This document shows positions 36,955-47,557 of a DNA stretch of 64,000 nt, piece after piece (within the stretch, counting starts at the first letter, position 1; every line of letters begins with the position of its first letter). The DNA comes from Stratiformator vulcanicus (GTDB taxonomy: Bacteria > Planctomycetota > Planctomycetia > Planctomycetales > Planctomycetaceae). A program made the translations under genes and the position numbers. The stretch spans positions 3,676,088-3,740,087 of the forward strand of contig NZ_CP036268.1 of NCBI RefSeq assembly GCF_007744515.1, in the 5' to 3' direction. The notes beneath the pieces were generated by a model. The model did not search any database and had not been told where the DNA came from. It worked only from the letters and a program-made list of their open reading frames with translations.

Positions 36955-38304
36955 CTACCTGACGTTCGCGACGATGAGCGTGCGGTCGTCGGACATCGTC
37001 TCTTCATCGGCATATTCGGCAACATCCGCGGCAATGTTGTCGGCAATCGCTTGCGCATGCTCTCCGCAACCGACTTCTAGCAGGTGATCGAGCCGTCCGA
37101 GCCCATAGAGTTTGCCATCGGCATTCATCGCCTCGGTGATTCCGTCGGTATAGAACACGACTCGGTCGCCGGACGAGAAATAGTGCGTGCTGTTCGCGTA
37201 TTCGACATCGGGCATCAAACCCAGCGGAATGTTCGGGTCGCCGTCCAGAGAACTGACCTCGGACTGTCCGCATCGCCGTAATCGCGGCGGATTGTGACCG
37301 GCGGAGGCGTAAACCAGTTTGCGGCTGGACGAATCAAACACGCCGTAGAATGCGGTCACAAAAGCTCCGAACTCACCGGTATATCGCTTCGAAAGGTGCT
37401 CGTTGATGAACTGAAGCATCTGGCCGGGATCGACCGACTCCGTCGGAAACATGTGCGCGATGCTGTGTGTGATCGCCATCACGACAGCGGCGGGGGTGCC
37501 ATGACCGCTGACGTCGGCAATCAAGATTCCCCACTTGCCATCACGCAGCGGGAAGAAGTCGTAATAGTCGCCACCGGCTCGGTGTGACGTCCGGTAATAG
37601 GCGGCGACCTCCAGATTTTTGATCTCCGGCATTGCTCTTGGCAACAACGCTTGCTGAATGTCGGCGACGACCTTCAGTTCTCGGTCGACGATCTCATAGG
37701 CCTCACGAAGCTGATCGTTCAGCACCAGATTGTGAGTCGCCCGACCGAACAAATTGGCCAACCAGACATGCTCGGGAAAGTCCTCTCGATCGAACGCTGC
37801 TGGCTCGTCCCGCGCCAGCAGCACCATGTTGAGCGCGGCGCCGCGATCGAGCATCGGAATCGCCATCAGTGAACGCTGTCCATCGAGGAATTCCGCCGCC
37901 GGGTCGTCCGCATCGACATCCAGTTCGTCGATTACGACCGGATTTTCACCGTAAATAAGGTCAGCGAACAGGCCGCCCTCGAGTAACGGCAACTGGTCTT
38001 TTTGCTTCCACGGATTGACTTCTTCTTCCCACTCGCTGAATCGCGTCACCCGAACATACGGCTCGTCCAAGCCGCGCCGGCTCAGTGAAATTCTTCGATT
38101 CGCGGGAAAGACTTCCGCCATCCGCCGGCCATAGGCGCGGACCATCTCCTGCGGATCAGACTGCCGGCTCATTTCGCGCATCGTCTCGACAATATGGTCG
38201 AGCCGTTGCTGCCAATTCGACTGAATCCACTTCGGCCTTTGCACAGCAGTGGTCTCGCCGACTGCGTCGTCGGCTGAATCGCCGACCGTAGATGTCGAAT
38301 TCAT
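36955..38304 (-). CDS. PP2C-type Ser/Thr phosphatase (SpoIIE/RsbU family) with N-terminal sensory (GAF-like) region
   Basis: GDYYDFFPLRDGKWGILIADVSGHGTPAAVVMA...ASAGHNPP...FYTDGITEA are hallmark SpoIIE/PP2C motifs. Confidence 0.8.
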   Translation of the reverse strand: MNSTSTVGDSADDAVGETTAVQRPKWIQSNWQQRLDHIVETMREMSRQSDPQEMVRAYGRRMAEVFPANRRISLSRRGLDEPYVRVTRFSEWEEEVNPWKQKDQLPLLEGGLFADLIYGENPVVIDELDVDADDPAAEFLDGQRSLMAIPMLDRGAALNMVLLARDEPAAFDREDFPEHVWLANLFGRATHNLVLNDQLREAYEIVDRELKVVADIQQALLPRAMPEIKNLEVAAYYRTSHRAGGDYYDFFPLRDGKWGILIADVSGHGTPAAVVMAITHSIAHMFPTESVDPGQMLQFINEHLSKRYTGEFGAFVTAFYGVFDSSSRKLVYASAGHNPPRLRRCGQSEVSSLDGDPNIPLGLMPDVEYANSTHYFSSGDRVVFYTDGITEAMNADGKLYGLGRLDHLLEVGCGEHAQAIADNIAADVAEYADEETMSDDRTLIVANVR

Positions 38305-38445
38305 TCCGTCCCCTCGTGATGGTTATATCAGCGTAGGGAGCACCGGCGCGATCGTAAAGCGCCGGAAAACGTCGCCTTGCCCGAAAACGGACAGGTTTAG
38401 GTCTGCGTCGATCTGATCGAAGACGAATTGTGGACGAAACGGACG

Positions 38446-39240
38446 TCAGGTCGTGGGCCGGTGCAACCACTCGGAGAGTACGATGCGTGGGAAAACGCAG
38501 GCATCGCGAAAGTATCGTTTGAATAATCGGCGAGGCTCCGACGCCAGCCGATGCAGCCATTCCATTCCGATCCTTTGGGCCCAGCGTGGCGCCCGCATTT
38601 TTTCGCCGGCAAGAAAGTCGATCGTCGCCCCGGCGCAAAGCACGGCCTTCGCCTCAATGCGGTCGCTGTGGCGGGCGACCCAAAGCTCCTGTTTCGGAGC
38701 CCCGAACCCGACCACGAGGACATCCGGTGAGACTTCAGCAATTTTCTCGACAATCCGGTCGCTCTCGGCTGTGGAATGCTCGAATCCGAGGGGAGGGCTG
38801 TCGGTCCCCACGACGGTCACGTGAGGCCATCGAAGTTCAATTTGCTCCGCCGCCCGCGCGGCCACACCGGGAACTGCCCCGAGCAAAAACACCGTTATGG
38901 ATCGTTCGATGCTTGCGCGATCAAAGATCGCCGGCACAAGGTCCGATCCGGCAACCCGTTCGGGAAGCGGTCGACCCAGCAAGCGGGCGGCGAGAACGAG
39001 CGGCGCACCGTCCGCGGTGACCAGTGAGGCGGTACGATAGGCTTCGTGGAGTTCTTCGTTCTCCCGCAGCATCACGATGTGATCAACGTTGGGAGTGACG
39101 ACGAATCGCGCTTCGAACTGTGATTCGTCGAACCATCCGACGACATGATCGGCAGTCTCAGCCAATGATGCGGCGGCAATGTCGATATCGAAGATGCGGA
39201 CGTGACGCAGTCGCTGGGGAGCGATCGTGGCGGTACTCAT
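38446..39240 (-). CDS. WecB/TagA/CpsF family glycosyltransferase
   Basis: Motifs VVTPNVDHIV, FLLGAxPGVA and AVLCAGATIDFLAG; start at MSTATIAP (39240), overlapping the upstream GT2 stop (ATGA). Confidence 0.8.
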   Translation of the reverse strand: MSTATIAPQRLRHVRIFDIDIAAASLAETADHVVGWFDESQFEARFVVTPNVDHIVMLRENEELHEAYRTASLVTADGAPLVLAARLLGRPLPERVAGSDLVPAIFDRASIERSITVFLLGAVPGVAARAAEQIELRWPHVTVVGTDSPPLGFEHSTAESDRIVEKIAEVSPDVLVVGFGAPKQELWVARHSDRIEAKAVLCAGATIDFLAGEKMRAPRWAQRIGMEWLHRLASEPRRLFKRYFRDACVFPRIVLSEWLHRPTT

Positions 39241-40481
39241 GGCGAGGCTTTCGTGGAAAGGCGTGAGGGCGAACCGGATCGTGCGGTGCGGACCCAGGAG
39301 GTTTGCCCGCGGCCGAGGAAATACCCCGCGTAAATCGGCAACTTCCGCACGATGTACCACGGAATGCCCAAGATGGTCTTTAACGGCACTGTGCGGCGGC
39401 AATACGCGGCCCAGCCGCAAAGAATGGTGAAGGCGAAACAGACTCCGGCGGCGGCCAGCACTGCCGTCCCCAGCCACGCGCCGCTTAAGACCGAGATCAA
39501 CAGGTTCAGCGCGAATAGAGCTGCACCGCCCAGCACGAATAGACTTAAGGGCGGGATCGTCAAATCCAAGCCCAACGCAACCAGCGACAGACTCCGGCGT
39601 AAAAGACCGGCGACGACCAATGCGGGAAACAGTTTTGCGGTACTAAGATGCCCCTGTTCCCAACGAGTCCGTTGGCTGCGAAACGCTTCGCCACCGGCTG
39701 GCAAACCACTGGCAACCCGAGCCGTGGGGCAGAATAGCGTAGGCAGACCGGCTAACGCGAGGTCCACTCCCAGCTTCATATCTTCCGCAAGCTCACCACC
39801 GAGCGACGGAATTTTGCGAACGGCCGACCAAGGCAAAGCCATACCCGTTCCCATTAAATGGCACGGCAGTCCCATCGCATTAAGGCCAAGCGGTCGAATT
39901 AAGTTCTTAAACCGTATTCCCAATTCTGAAACCGCCCCGCTGGCAGATGTCTCGCCCGAGCGGCACAAATTCAATGACTGCACGGGGCGGCCCGTTTCGT
40001 CAGCCAGACGTGGGGCATCAATGAAGGTAAACCGTCCGACGCGACAATCAGCGTCCAGCACGAAGACGACGTCGGGAGGATCAGCCGAGAGATGCTTAAA
40101 GCCGAATTCCAACGCGTAGCCTTTGCCTCGAAGCTTCGCATCGCTGCGTTCGATCACTTCCGCCCCAGCGTTCTTGGCCAGCGCTGCCGTGTCGTCTTCG
40201 CAGTTATCGGCAATCACGACGACCCGCCCGTTGCCTGCGAGCCGATCAATCACATGCCGAGCCGTGCGTTCGATACAAGCCTCTTCATTATGTGCTGGAA
40301 TCAGCACCGCGAGAGACGGCAGTGAAGCCGCCTCATCCCGTTGCCTGCGCTCTCGGATGCCCCGTTTCAAGTCGCGTCCGAACAGCAACGCCGCGAGCGA
40401 TTCGCCGCAAAACACGAACGCAGCGAAAACCCAGGGCAGGCTCGCGAGAATTGCGATCGTATTCAATATGATAATCGACAT
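39237..40481 (-). CDS. family 2 glycosyltransferase (membrane, processive-type)
   Basis: AVLIPAHNEE...VVIADNCEDDTA...VFVLDADCRV GT2 motifs plus N- and C-terminal TM segments. Confidence 0.8.
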   Translation of the reverse strand: MSIIILNTIAILASLPWVFAAFVFCGESLAALLFGRDLKRGIRERRQRDEAASLPSLAVLIPAHNEEACIERTARHVIDRLAGNGRVVVIADNCEDDTAALAKNAGAEVIERSDAKLRGKGYALEFGFKHLSADPPDVVFVLDADCRVGRFTFIDAPRLADETGRPVQSLNLCRSGETSASGAVSELGIRFKNLIRPLGLNAMGLPCHLMGTGMALPWSAVRKIPSLGGELAEDMKLGVDLALAGLPTLFCPTARVASGLPAGGEAFRSQRTRWEQGHLSTAKLFPALVVAGLLRRSLSLVALGLDLTIPPLSLFVLGGAALFALNLLISVLSGAWLGTAVLAAAGVCFAFTILCGWAAYCRRTVPLKTILGIPWYIVRKLPIYAGYFLGRGQTSWVRTARSGSPSRLSTKASP

Positions 40482-40563
40482 TTCAATCTAGTCCGGCTTC
40501 CTAAAATGTGCAGGCTTCACTCATCATCTAAAGCGTCATTTCTTTTTCACTCACAGTCGCCGC

Positions 40564-41640
40564 TCAGCGGAACGACATGCGGTCCTTAATCGGTCTCAGT
40601 AGCGCCGCGGTGTTTCGTGCGGGTCGGCCGATCGACGAGGACTTGATGAAATGGCCGATCGCTTTTCCCGCCCGATGAAATGCGACTGAGGCCGCAGTCG
40701 ACCGCAGCACGCCTTCTCGGACATACCCAACCCTGTCGCCGAATTCATGTTTAAATCTTGTATCGTCTTTTCCGAGATCGATCCGATGGATGCCAAGCTC
40801 TTCGCACCGCTTGGCGGTCTCCAGCAAGAGCAGACAACCCGGCGAATATCGGCGATACCGGGTGTTGTAGGACGGAAACCAATAGTGGAGCACTCCCCCG
40901 CAGACAATTCCGAAGTGAGCAGCCACCAGACGATCCCCGGCAAATAATCCGCTGACACAACCGCGCAGGTCCCCTTCACTTTGCACAAGCCGTCGGGCCA
41001 ATTCTTTCGTCCACCCGAACGAAAAGATGTCCGTGTAACCGGTCCGAGTATATTGTTCCGATTTCCAACTCATTAATTGAGAAAGAATACCGTCCGGGCT
41101 TCCGCATAGCGTGAAATGAACGGGACCGAGCTCACGGACCATTTTCCGCAACTTCTGAGCCGACTGCTTGACCGTTCGGCAACCGCGATCTTGAATTCGT
41201 GCTCGATAGGCGTCGTAGCCGTCTTTCAGGTCGAGCGATCGCACCCTCATTTCAGATACAACACCTCGATCAAATGTAGACTGCCGCCCGACCAGATGAC
41301 TAAATTCAACTTTCTTCAGCCCGCAAGCCCGCAAGAGAACTCGCCAGTCGCAGTTAAAGTCGGCAGACGCGACAATCCCGTGACTATCATTAAGCCGGCC
41401 TCCAACCGGTCGACCTTGTCCGAACAGACTTCGCTGGAACGGAAAGAATGCGACAGGCTGGCCGTACCGCTCGATCACGGCAACGAACACATCCGACCGG
41501 ACGGCCCCAACGGCCTTTGTAAATTCGGGATGGAAATACGGACTGTCAAACTCATGAGACGAAGAACGGATCGCGTTCCACGCCGCGCAGTGGTCGGCAT
41601 CAAGATGCCGTGCTTCAATGATTTCGATTCGCGATAACAT
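40564..41640 (-). CDS. CelD/BioF2-like (FemAB-fold) GNAT acyltransferase, paralog 1
   Basis: 358 aa; clearly paralogous to the next gene (shared ...FFPFQ...G...HYWFPSY...YRRYSPG motifs). Confidence 0.6.
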   Translation of the reverse strand: MLSRIEIIEARHLDADHCAAWNAIRSSSHEFDSPYFHPEFTKAVGAVRSDVFVAVIERYGQPVAFFPFQRSLFGQGRPVGGRLNDSHGIVASADFNCDWRVLLRACGLKKVEFSHLVGRQSTFDRGVVSEMRVRSLDLKDGYDAYRARIQDRGCRTVKQSAQKLRKMVRELGPVHFTLCGSPDGILSQLMSWKSEQYTRTGYTDIFSFGWTKELARRLVQSEGDLRGCVSGLFAGDRLVAAHFGIVCGGVLHYWFPSYNTRYRRYSPGCLLLLETAKRCEELGIHRIDLGKDDTRFKHEFGDRVGYVREGVLRSTAASVAFHRAGKAIGHFIKSSSIGRPARNTAALLRPIKDRMSFR

Positions 41641-41682
41641 GCGAGGGTCACTTGCGCCGACTTCGACGGTGCTTTCAGACTC

Positions 41683-42762
41683 TTAGAAAGATGCCAACGA
41701 TCTCTTTAACTTTCGGGCGTATCGGACGGGCATTCGCAACGGCTGCGCAATCCGCATCGTGCGGGCCTGTGTCTTCACCAGCTTCCAGTTCCGCCGGAAC
41801 GCTGACAGCACCGGCCTTAGGTCAACCCCCCCTTCGGCCACCGCGATCGAACCTGAGGCAAAGCTTGCCTTGTATTCTTCCGGTCCTTTTCCGAGCTCGA
41901 ACCGCCCAAAACCGAGTTCGTCGCAAGACCGCGCGATCTGGATCGTCAACATATGCCCCGGGCAATACGATCGATAACTGCGATCGTACGACGGGAACCA
42001 AGAATGCAGTACGTCTTCGGTCTGCATCCCCAGATCGACCGCAATCGGTCGACCGTTCAATCGAAGAACAGACATCCGACCGGTCAACTCACGGCTGTTC
42101 TCTTTAAGAACAGTCTGCAGCAGCGAGACGGTCCAGGGCCACTGAAACAGATTGAATATATTGGTCCGCTCGAACTGGTCGCTCTTCCAACGGATCAATG
42201 TCTGAAACAAGTCTTCATCGATTTCATTAGGCAAATATTGAACTTCGCCGTGCTCTCGCACGAGCTTCCGCTGTTTGCGGTCGATGCTCTTAATTCGATT
42301 CGATCCGGCCGCCCGCCGCTCGGCTCGGTACGCCTCGAAGCCGTTTGACAGATCAAGATAGGGGGAGGGCTGCGTGTCGACGTGGTGGGCTTCAAGCCAG
42401 GACTGCGATGCGATGAGGTGATCAAAGTCAAATGCCTTTAATCCGCAACCACGCAGCAGTTCCTCGGGTGTGATCTGCAAATCGTTGGGAGCCACGATCG
42501 CTTGGAAATCGGACATCGGCCAACCGACCGGCTGACCGACGCGACGTGACCGCCCCAGGTATTGAAACGGGAAAAAGCCGACCGATTCGTTTCCCGATTT
42601 CATAACACCGACAGCCACGCCACCGCGCGCCTCGTCGACTAATTCGGCGAACCGGGGCGTCAAGAACGGATTACACAAACCGACCTCATCCCGCAGCAGT
42701 CGCATCCATGTCGCGCGATCGCGGGGACTGAGGTTGTGTGGTCGAATCACGGTAATCTTCAT
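41683..42762 (-). CDS. CelD/BioF2-like (FemAB-fold) GNAT acyltransferase, paralog 2
   Basis: 359 aa; tandem paralog of 40564..41640. Confidence 0.6.
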   Translation of the reverse strand: MKITVIRPHNLSPRDRATWMRLLRDEVGLCNPFLTPRFAELVDEARGGVAVGVMKSGNESVGFFPFQYLGRSRRVGQPVGWPMSDFQAIVAPNDLQITPEELLRGCGLKAFDFDHLIASQSWLEAHHVDTQPSPYLDLSNGFEAYRAERRAAGSNRIKSIDRKQRKLVREHGEVQYLPNEIDEDLFQTLIRWKSDQFERTNIFNLFQWPWTVSLLQTVLKENSRELTGRMSVLRLNGRPIAVDLGMQTEDVLHSWFPSYDRSYRSYCPGHMLTIQIARSCDELGFGRFELGKGPEEYKASFASGSIAVAEGGVDLRPVLSAFRRNWKLVKTQARTMRIAQPLRMPVRYARKLKRSLASF

Positions 42763-42771
42763 AAATTCTCC

Positions 42772-43758
42772 TCATGCCTGCGCGACATGATCTGAGGTCG
42801 TCTTAGGAACCTCTCCGATGAACGATGAAAACAACAATTGCCAACCGTCTTCGAGGACATCCCGCGCGATGCGGAGCCGACAACGCAGACCAAGAATTGT
42901 CTCTGCATCGCCCTGAATTTTGGCAAGCAACAACCGCGGCCACAAAACCCCGAGATATTGCACCCAGCGGGCGCCATAGACCAATGGGTACATTAATTCG
43001 CCGCGTGAGGTCCGCTCGTCCTCGGCCATACCGACAGCCATCCGAGCAGACAGGTCTAGCAAGAACTCTCCGGAGAGTCGCTCCGGCGGAATAATGTGAT
43101 GAATGACGGCTTCCGGAGAGTACCATCCGGTATCGCCCGAGCTGTGAATTCTTAAATAGAGCTCCGTGTCTTCCCCGCGACCGTTCGGCTGCACGCGGAA
43201 TCGCCCGACGTCATCAAACACGTCGCGCCGAATCATTAAGTTCCCGGCCCCCGGTGTGATTGAAGGGGAATACGGTCGCTCCTTCTCAAGGCCAACGGAC
43301 TCGCCCAACAGCATCCGGACAACCGGATGCAGCTTACGATCGCAACCTTCGGGCAATCGCAGCACGACTTTCCCGCCGACGCACCGCGTCGCCCGTCGCT
43401 GTGTCAATTCGAGGAGTTCAAGTAACCACGCTGGGTCAGCTGCTTGATCATCATCGAAGAATGCCAGCCAGTCGCTACCGCATTCGGCAACAGCCCGATT
43501 TCGCGCGTGCGTCACTCCCGGTTGATCTTCGCGGACATACCGAATCGGCACGGCGGATTGAGAACTGAGCTCTTTCCACACGTCGTGCGTGTGGTCATTT
43601 GACCCGTTGTCGATAATAAGAATTTCGAATTCGAATCTGTCGTTGGTTTTTAGTTGGCAGAGGCTACGAACTGCGTCGCGGAGCGCGTCAGCACGGTTTC
43701 GCGTACAGACGGCGACGGTAATCGTTGGTTTCATAATAGAATTGGAGGTTTCGCTCAT
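42772..43758 (-). CDS. family 2 glycosyltransferase
   Basis: ITVAVCTRNRADAL...ILIIDNGSNDHT GT2-A motifs. Confidence 0.8.
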   Translation of the reverse strand: MSETSNSIMKPTITVAVCTRNRADALRDAVRSLCQLKTNDRFEFEILIIDNGSNDHTHDVWKELSSQSAVPIRYVREDQPGVTHARNRAVAECGSDWLAFFDDDQAADPAWLLELLELTQRRATRCVGGKVVLRLPEGCDRKLHPVVRMLLGESVGLEKERPYSPSITPGAGNLMIRRDVFDDVGRFRVQPNGRGEDTELYLRIHSSGDTGWYSPEAVIHHIIPPERLSGEFLLDLSARMAVGMAEDERTSRGELMYPLVYGARWVQYLGVLWPRLLLAKIQGDAETILGLRCRLRIARDVLEDGWQLLFSSFIGEVPKTTSDHVAQA

Positions 43759-45094
43759 GCGACATCTCCTTCAAATGCTGACGAAGCTTGGGGGTCTCGG
43801 CTTTGAAAGTCATCCTCCGCGAAAAAGGACAGATGCAACATGCCGGTGATCATTAGGAAGGGAATATACAACGTCATCGCCATCGCCGATTCGGTGAAAG
43901 CATTAATAAGACCGAAGACGAGCAGGGCGAAAAGCCAGCCTGCCAACGGATGCTTCGATCGCACATAGAGTCGACCGGCGCGGGCTAAGTGAGCAAGCAG
44001 GGCTGCGACTAACAGCGACAGTCCGATCACCCCGACGCTCAAGATCGTATCGAGATAGGCCGAATGGGCCTCGCGCACTCCCCATTGCACTTCTTCGGAG
44101 ACATCGGCGATATGAGTGGGGGTCCAGAAGGAGTCATATCCGAAACCGAGCAACCAGTTTTGTGCGGCATACGGCATTAGTTCGGTCCAAATCGGCAGGC
44201 GTCCGGTCAGCGACTCCGCCTGTTCCTTTCGTCCCATTAATGCCGCATCAGAGACCTCACCGGCAAGATCGACGCCAGCGAGCAGCAGCAATACGACGAT
44301 CCCCGAGAGCATCCAGCCGGCCAGCGCGATGAGAGTCAATTTGACGCTCAGACGTGTGCTTAATGTCCAGAGCAACGCGATCGCGAAGACCAGACCGGCG
44401 GCGGAAGTTCTTGATTTGGTTAAAATCAGAAAAAAGACACCGACACCGCAAATGGCGAAGAAGTACCAGGAACGCCGTGATTCGAATCCGAGCGCAAGGG
44501 ATGCAAAGCAGAGGGAAGCGATCCCCAGCCCGGTCGTGTTGGGGTGCTGCGTGCCGCTGAAGCGGTATTCGCCGGCCCACGGCCGGAAGCTTCCGAGAGC
44601 AAGTTCCGCCAGCACACCGATTATTAAGAAGATCAGCGGTGCATAGATTGAGAGCCGCACGATTTCTCGCCCGCGGAGCATTCGGGCAACGCCGAATGCA
44701 CAACCGCAAAAGCAAACGAAGGTCGCGAGCCGTCGAGCCGTCATTGAGAATTCATGCGACCACAAAATGCTTGCCAGGCAGAACAGCCCGTAAAAGCAAA
44801 GGAGCGGTCCGCCCATACCGTCAATTCGAAATCGACGTCCCGCGCCGTAGCACAGCCCGAGAATCCCGAGCCCGCCCATCATTAAAAATGCGACCCGCCT
44901 GAGGGAGTTGCCACCCGACGCCGTCGCCTGCATCTCGTCTGCTGACTGCGTAAATGCGTCCGACAGTGACGTATCGAAGGAATGCTCGGTGATAAAGAAA
45001 ATGCCGCCTAAAGCGATCGCGATCCACCAGAACGCGGGTCGCAAATTAATCGCTGGCATTTCTGTTGCCGTAGTGAAAGTCGCACTAGCCATTG
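43755..45094 (-). CDS. O-antigen ligase / Wzy-type polymerase family membrane protein
   Basis: About 10 TM helices with a Wzy_C-like segment (FFLILTKSRTSAAGLVFAIALLW); start placed at MASATFTT (45094). Confidence 0.65.
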
Positions 45095-46500
45095 CGCGCT
45101 CCTTCCTGCCGTCTTCGGTTCGCCACGGCGACCCGCAGGATGGCGAAGCGGATGACACAGTCTGCAACCCCCGAGGCGAGCAACGCGAACGCCGCCCCCG
45201 CAGCACCGAACGGACCGATCAAGGCGACCGTTGCGATGACACCGACAACGATGGATGCGACATCAGCACGAAAATTAGCCGCCGGCTCATGCATTGCCCA
45301 CAGGCCGTTACCGGCGGTGATCGAAAGGGCATTGGCGAACATATTCAGTGAGAGAATGGCGATAATTGGCCCGGCCACCGCAAAATCGCCGCCGTAGACG
45401 AAGGCCGCCAACACGTTTCCGATACCGAATGCACCAATGCAGAAAATGCCGAGTACCACGATGAAGAGCGTCACTGTGTTTTTAAGAACTGCCACCAATC
45501 GATTGACACCACCTTCGGCATAGGCCTCGGCGGTTTTCGGTCCGATATAGTTCGCCACACCAATAACGAACATATTTGCGATGCCGACCAAAGTGCTGCC
45601 GGCGGCAAACACGCCGGTCGCCGCTTCACCATGCGTCAGGACGATGATCCACGGGGCAACAAAGGTCATTGCCGAGCCGAGAAGTTGACTGGCGACCGCC
45701 CACTTGGCGAAGAACCAGTTTCGATTCCAGTCTTTCACGGACCGCCGAGCATTGAATCGGAACCGTGAAGCTCCGGCGATAAGCCAGACCACCGTGGGCA
45801 CAAAACAGGCAATCGCCATTGCGGCCAATGCCGTCACAGCCGTCAGGCTGTTCCAATAGAGCAGGGTGGCTAACAGGATCAGTTGAAGAGCTGTCGCCGC
45901 TCCGTCGAGCGTGATCGCCCGATAAATCTTAAAGTGGGCAAAATCATAGTGCCTCGCGAATTCCCGCAGTAGCACGGCGGGAATCGCTAAAGTCAATATC
46001 GCCAGCACCGATACCATCGGGCTACCGGGACTTTGCCACAACACAACGGGAATCGCGGCTGACAACCCCGCGATTGATAGAAGTGAGAACGTGCCTTGGT
46101 GAAGCAGACTGCTCCCCGCATAGCCGGCAAGTCGTCGCCCCGTTTTACGTCGGCAATAAATAACGTAAGGAGCTGAGACGACCTGCTCCTGCACGCTGCG
46201 GAGAAAGAGCGTTAAACTCCATGCGAGCGCATATAACCCCAGCATTTCTTTCCCGCCGTATCGTCCGACGAGCACGCTGGTCACAAAACTCGCCCCGGCG
46301 ACAAGCCCCTGATCAAAGATTGACAAGAACGCGTGATGAGTGGCGAGACCCTTCACCCGTTCGATGATCGACACACGTTGCTGAAGAGCGATTTTCTCCG
46401 GCTCAGGAAGACATTCCTGCGACGGACAGCACTCTTGAGCCTCAGCAATATCTGGATCGGAATTCACAGACCGACTTGGCGGGGGTGCAACAACACTCAT
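45085..46500 (-). CDS. polysaccharide flippase (Wzx / MOP superfamily)
   Basis: 471 aa, 12-14 TM helices, typical PST-family organisation. Confidence 0.7.
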   Translation of the reverse strand: MSVVAPPPSRSVNSDPDIAEAQECCPSQECLPEPEKIALQQRVSIIERVKGLATHHAFLSIFDQGLVAGASFVTSVLVGRYGGKEMLGLYALAWSLTLFLRSVQEQVVSAPYVIYCRRKTGRRLAGYAGSSLLHQGTFSLLSIAGLSAAIPVVLWQSPGSPMVSVLAILTLAIPAVLLREFARHYDFAHFKIYRAITLDGAATALQLILLATLLYWNSLTAVTALAAMAIACFVPTVVWLIAGASRFRFNARRSVKDWNRNWFFAKWAVASQLLGSAMTFVAPWIIVLTHGEAATGVFAAGSTLVGIANMFVIGVANYIGPKTAEAYAEGGVNRLVAVLKNTVTLFIVVLGIFCIGAFGIGNVLAAFVYGGDFAVAGPIIAILSLNMFANALSITAGNGLWAMHEPAANFRADVASIVVGVIATVALIGPFGAAGAAFALLASGVADCVIRFAILRVAVANRRRQEGARNG

Positions 46501-47447
46501 GAGTCGCCCCCCGTTTGAGCGACATGAATCGGCCCAGTGTTCTTAAAGCCTCCGCGTACGAAGTGCCAGCTTTCTTTAACGACTTCGTACCACCCACTTA
46601 ACTTGGCAGCTAAAGTCGCGCCGTTATCATCGGCCTCGGCCGTAAAGCGGCCCCAGTCGAAAGGGGTTCGACCCCGCGGTACTAATTCGTCTTCGGTCGT
46701 CAGCGCGCACCGCATTCCGGCCCGCTGGGCGATGTCTGCGAAGACGGGTCCCGAGAACCCTGTGGCTTTGGTCCCATAGGGGAAGGCGAACATTGGATCG
46801 GCGACGCCGAATTCTTCGTTGAGAATGTCTGCGTTAATCTTCAGGTCAGATAAGAGATCGTCTGGACGCCCGCGAAAATCGTCGTGGGTGTGCGTGTGAC
46901 AGCCGAGATCGATGAGCGGATGCGATCCCAGCGCTCGGCATTCCTCCGTCGTTAAGGGTCGCCAAGCTCGCTTCGGGACATCGCTTCGACCGGCGGCTTC
47001 CCAATCATCGCTGGGAAAGGGTTGGTCGCTGTCCAGATAGGCCGTCGAAATAAAGACCGTCGCCGGAACATCGAGCGATTCAAGGATCGGTAACGCCTCG
47101 AAATAATTGTTCGCGTAGCCGTCGTCGAATGTCACGACAAACGCATTGCCCGGGACCAGAGTTTCATTCGCGCTCGCATCGAGTACGTCGCAAAGCCGCC
47201 ATGGCTCGAAACCACGACGAATCAGTCCTGCAAGTTGCTTGCGGAATTGAGCGGGTGGAACATTCCAAGTCGGCTCAGTCACACCCGGCACCGAATCGGT
47301 CACCCGGTGGTACATCAAGATACCGAAGCCAGTAGCTCGACGGCCGAACGAAGCCGCAAGCGGTCGTGAAAGCTGCGCCGCGACTTTAGCCTTCCAGCGC
47401 GAAGCTGTCGGCCCGGATGGTCGTTGAATCTGCGGCGCGGCAATCAT
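46497..47447 (-). CDS. polysaccharide deacetylase (NodB homology domain)
   Basis: FVVTFDDGYANNYFEALPILESLDVPATVFI is the NodB motif-1/2 region. Confidence 0.8.
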   Translation of the reverse strand: MIAAPQIQRPSGPTASRWKAKVAAQLSRPLAASFGRRATGFGILMYHRVTDSVPGVTEPTWNVPPAQFRKQLAGLIRRGFEPWRLCDVLDASANETLVPGNAFVVTFDDGYANNYFEALPILESLDVPATVFISTAYLDSDQPFPSDDWEAAGRSDVPKRAWRPLTTEECRALGSHPLIDLGCHTHTHDDFRGRPDDLLSDLKINADILNEEFGVADPMFAFPYGTKATGFSGPVFADIAQRAGMRCALTTEDELVPRGRTPFDWGRFTAEADDNGATLAAKLSGWYEVVKESWHFVRGGFKNTGPIHVAQTGGDS

Positions 47448-47557
47448 GTTTCAGCGATAACTTGAGTACAAAGCAGTGCTTAAGAAGTGGGGAATTCGAA
47501 GCATCAGCGGCCCGACATCTTGTTGCGTCCGATCGAGGCACATCGAGACAGCCGCGC